A stretch of 64,000 nucleotides of DNA, taken from positions 2,418,001 to 2,482,000 of the forward strand of contig JAYWIR010000018.1 in the NCBI GenBank assembly GCA_036172245.1, read 5' to 3'. The position numbers were made by a program, and so were the translations under genes. This document shows, in pieces, positions 61,132 to 64,000 of this stretch. This DNA comes from Raillietiella orientalis. Taxonomy: Eukaryota. The notes beneath the pieces are model-generated. The model had not been told where the DNA came from, searched no databases, and saw only the letters and a list, made by a program, of their open reading frames with translations. The first letter of the stretch is position 1. Each line of letters begins with the position of its first letter.

Positions 61132-64000
61132 CCCAGGGTAAGTTTGGTAGTGATGAGTGGGCATACTGAAGAGTCGGTGTCGGTAGATGAGACTGTGGAT
61201 TCACGAGTAATCCGTGCTTATTGTAGTGGATCATCCGTGCGAAATTGGACAGAGATAAGAATGTTATTTTAAAGTGCTTAACACGTAAGAGTACATGCGA
61301 ATGTAGTTTGATTGTTAATGGTACTGACATATACATTCTTTTGCTGTTTGGATGCAACATTCCCATACTTGGGATCGAGGCATTTTCCAGGGTTTATTAG
61401 TGGACTTGGGTTGACGATAGAGCCGCAGTGAGGTTTTCTTTTGCTGCGCTTAAATTCATCCTAAAAACCTTCATCCAGGAGTGATATCCTATCATAGTTT
61501 TGCCTGAAGTCACTGACCGAGTGCATCCCTTTTGCTTCGAACCAAGTACTCCGTCTTCAAGTCCAACAATTCGTTTCTTCCTGTTCTCTATTACAAATGA
61601 AATTCAGAGCGTTCCTGGAATAAATGCTCCCATCCGTTTCTTCCTTGAAAGTTTATGCTATCAAGGAGACAATACTCGGGATAGCTGTTTGAAACAACAA
61701 CAGATAGCATTGAATTTCTGGTGACATCTCGGCGCTCGCGATGGAATAAGTTGAGCATCGAGTGTGTGTTTCATACTAAGGACCCCCTTTGTTAACAAGG
61801 GTGTAAAGTTTAACTCTTGGACCCCTCTCTTCCCCCTGTGGATAAAATGTCCGTCGTTAGAACTCGTAATTGATTAATAAAACACACGTAAAAAGAACGG
61901 ATGGCCAGGCCTTGGTGTACATCCTGCCACCGAGTGGTTCGCAAAGTCGAGTGACCCGAGGAACTCCGCTATCCCGCTCAGTGCTGTGCAGTACGGAGAA
62001 CCGAACTGAAGCAGTGTGAGCAGTAGAATGGACCACCAGCTCCGACAATCCGTACCCTCGGACCGGCCAGGTACCGACCCATCTTAAACGACGGCATCGT
62101 CGTCCGGGCAACCGGCTGCCCGCATTCTTCGCCACTAGAGGAGGGAAGGCAGCCATGTTGAAAAACCACAAGTGTGAAGCATGAACGAATCCACAGAAAA
62201 CGTGGACACAGCGGTGCACACTGCCACCTTTCCTATGGGAACTTCCGAAACACCTCGGTACGCGCGATCTTCCTCGCGTTGTATAAAAGAGACGAGCTCT
62301 TAAGGCCTTTTTTGAAGCGCACTCCCGGTATACTCCGATTCAGAAATATCGAATGAGTTACTTGAGGAATGCAGCGTTGACTTCAATGGAGGAACGCTAA
62401 TGGGAGCGAAGGACAACGCTGCCACGAGCCGTTTATCCTTGCAATCCCAGGGGAGCAAAGGGGAAGAACTTCGAGAGACGCAGTCAGAGGCACAGAGCTC
62501 CGGAAAAGAGAGGGTTCGCTTTCCACAATCCTTCAGGATTAAGAGATTTTCTAATGCGAATTCCTGCTGGTTTGTGTTGCCTTGCTTCTCGTGGTGTACC
62601 GGTTGAACGACTTGGCCAGCCTCCTGCCGATTTCCGACCCACAGCGCACCTTCGAGATCTTTGACATGGTCGTCTTCGGATCGAGGTTCTGTACGGTTCT
62701 TCTTCTTCGCGTTTCACTTCAGCTGGGAGAACGCGGCGCCAATCTGCGGTTTTTAATCTCATAGAGTTTTCGCTTTATGGTCCTTCCGTTCGGTAGTGTT
62801 TCCGTCCCGACTCTGCCATCTACTTGCACCTTCCCACGGCGCGTTCCAGGATCGGAGCAGTCTGGAGGAGCCAAAGTGATGACGTAAGGGGGAGCTGCAA
62901 CGCGAAAACACACAAACGTTTTTCCGGCAGACTTTCGCTTCTTTCCTTGGTCTTACCGCGGAGGGGTTTAAAACGAGACGGTCTCTGATTTGGCGGTACG
63001 AAGGTGGACTGCTGTCACGGACAGCAGGAAGACTACAAAGCCGATCAGAGAGTGCGCTTATCAGTACCGATGAACATCCCTGGCATTCCCGAATAAAAAA
63101 AGGAGAAACAAGAATTAATTCGTTCTCTGAGGTCTTGAGATGTAAATGTGACTGAGATCTCATTGAACCAACAGTTAGATTGCTTCGTGAAAATCTGGAG
63201 TGAAGATTCGAGAAAGTTCCAGATTCCTCTCTGTCCGTGTTAATTGACGCGAACGCTCCATACAAACCCATCAGCCACCCGTGTTGCGCACCCTACCGTG
63301 CAACTCGGCAATAGCGTCCTAACACCGCCTAGGAGCTCCTGGAACTCAATCTGGAGCTAATGGGAATTGTACTTCGGGAAGTCACTGTAATGAATCTCGG
63401 GGTGACGAGAGTGGCGTCTCGATGGAAAGATTAATGGTAAGTCGCAGCCACGAATCCGGAATTCTCGTGAAACACGCTAAAGTATCGGCTCGGTGCTATC
63501 GCGGCGAGATTTCTTGCATGGAGGAATTCGTGCCGAAGTTAAGGGGCGCGATCGGCTGCTACTGCGGCAACCGTTCACCTTCGTTCCCTCCAACAGGAAC
63601 ACGACTTTCTCAAAAATCCGCTTAATCCTACGTGCTTTCTGAAGACACGAAGGCAGCTCATACGGAAAGTGCCTCCGATGGTTGCATGCAGCCGTCCCAT
63701 AGTGATAATCCCTCTCGAAAATCAGATCGAACTGTGCTGCACATCTGAACGGCTCTGTACCGTAAACGAACATGACTTGCGTAGAATCTTCTCTGAAGAC
63801 TACATTAACAAACATGCAACAGAAAAAAAAAAACGATTGGGATCGCGGGGAATTCTGTCTTTTACAATATGCAGAGCGCGTCCAGACTCCCAGCTTGATG
63901 TTCCAGATAGTTCCGCAATCGGGATCCTGCAATCTAGGGAGATTTTGTGGACATGATCTGGAGCGTCCAAAGAAGGCAAGAGAGAAGTCCCTCTCTGAAG

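Noticed and set aside
62480..62800. Minus-strand IKNRRLA segment as a second copy of the 49.8-50.3 kb fossil ORF
   Set aside because: Similarity is limited to NRRL and no extended alignment is visible.

Overview
Eukaryotic DNA from an invertebrate animal (taxon not determinable here), in three zones. (1) 1-16.6 kb: a CpG-rich region holding one long spliced gene for a Torso-like receptor tyrosine kinase (signal peptide, Cys-rich box, three FN3-like repeats, TM helix, split kinase). (2) 16.6-37 kb: a compact, AT-rich, CpG-poor housekeeping cluster with many 38-55 nt introns: KLHDC10 (-), ACTL6/BAF53 (+), CWF19L1 (-), GADD45GIP1/mL64 (-), then a tightly packed same-strand trio IBA57-CDPF1-FAM92/CIBAR (gaps of 16 and 143 nt). 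The trio looks like one transcription unit resolved by alternative splice acceptors, trans-splicing or polycistronic translation, and is the most interesting feature. (3) 39-64 kb: a transposon graveyard of decayed L1/Tx1-like LINEs (two abutting an oppositely oriented tRNA-like head), recent local duplications, a decayed hAT transposon with TIRs and an 8-bp TSD, and a GC-rich fossil ORF with weak tyrosine-recombinase-like features. Gene models were built by eye from splice signals and reading-frame phase. Family assignments come from recalled motifs, not database searches.
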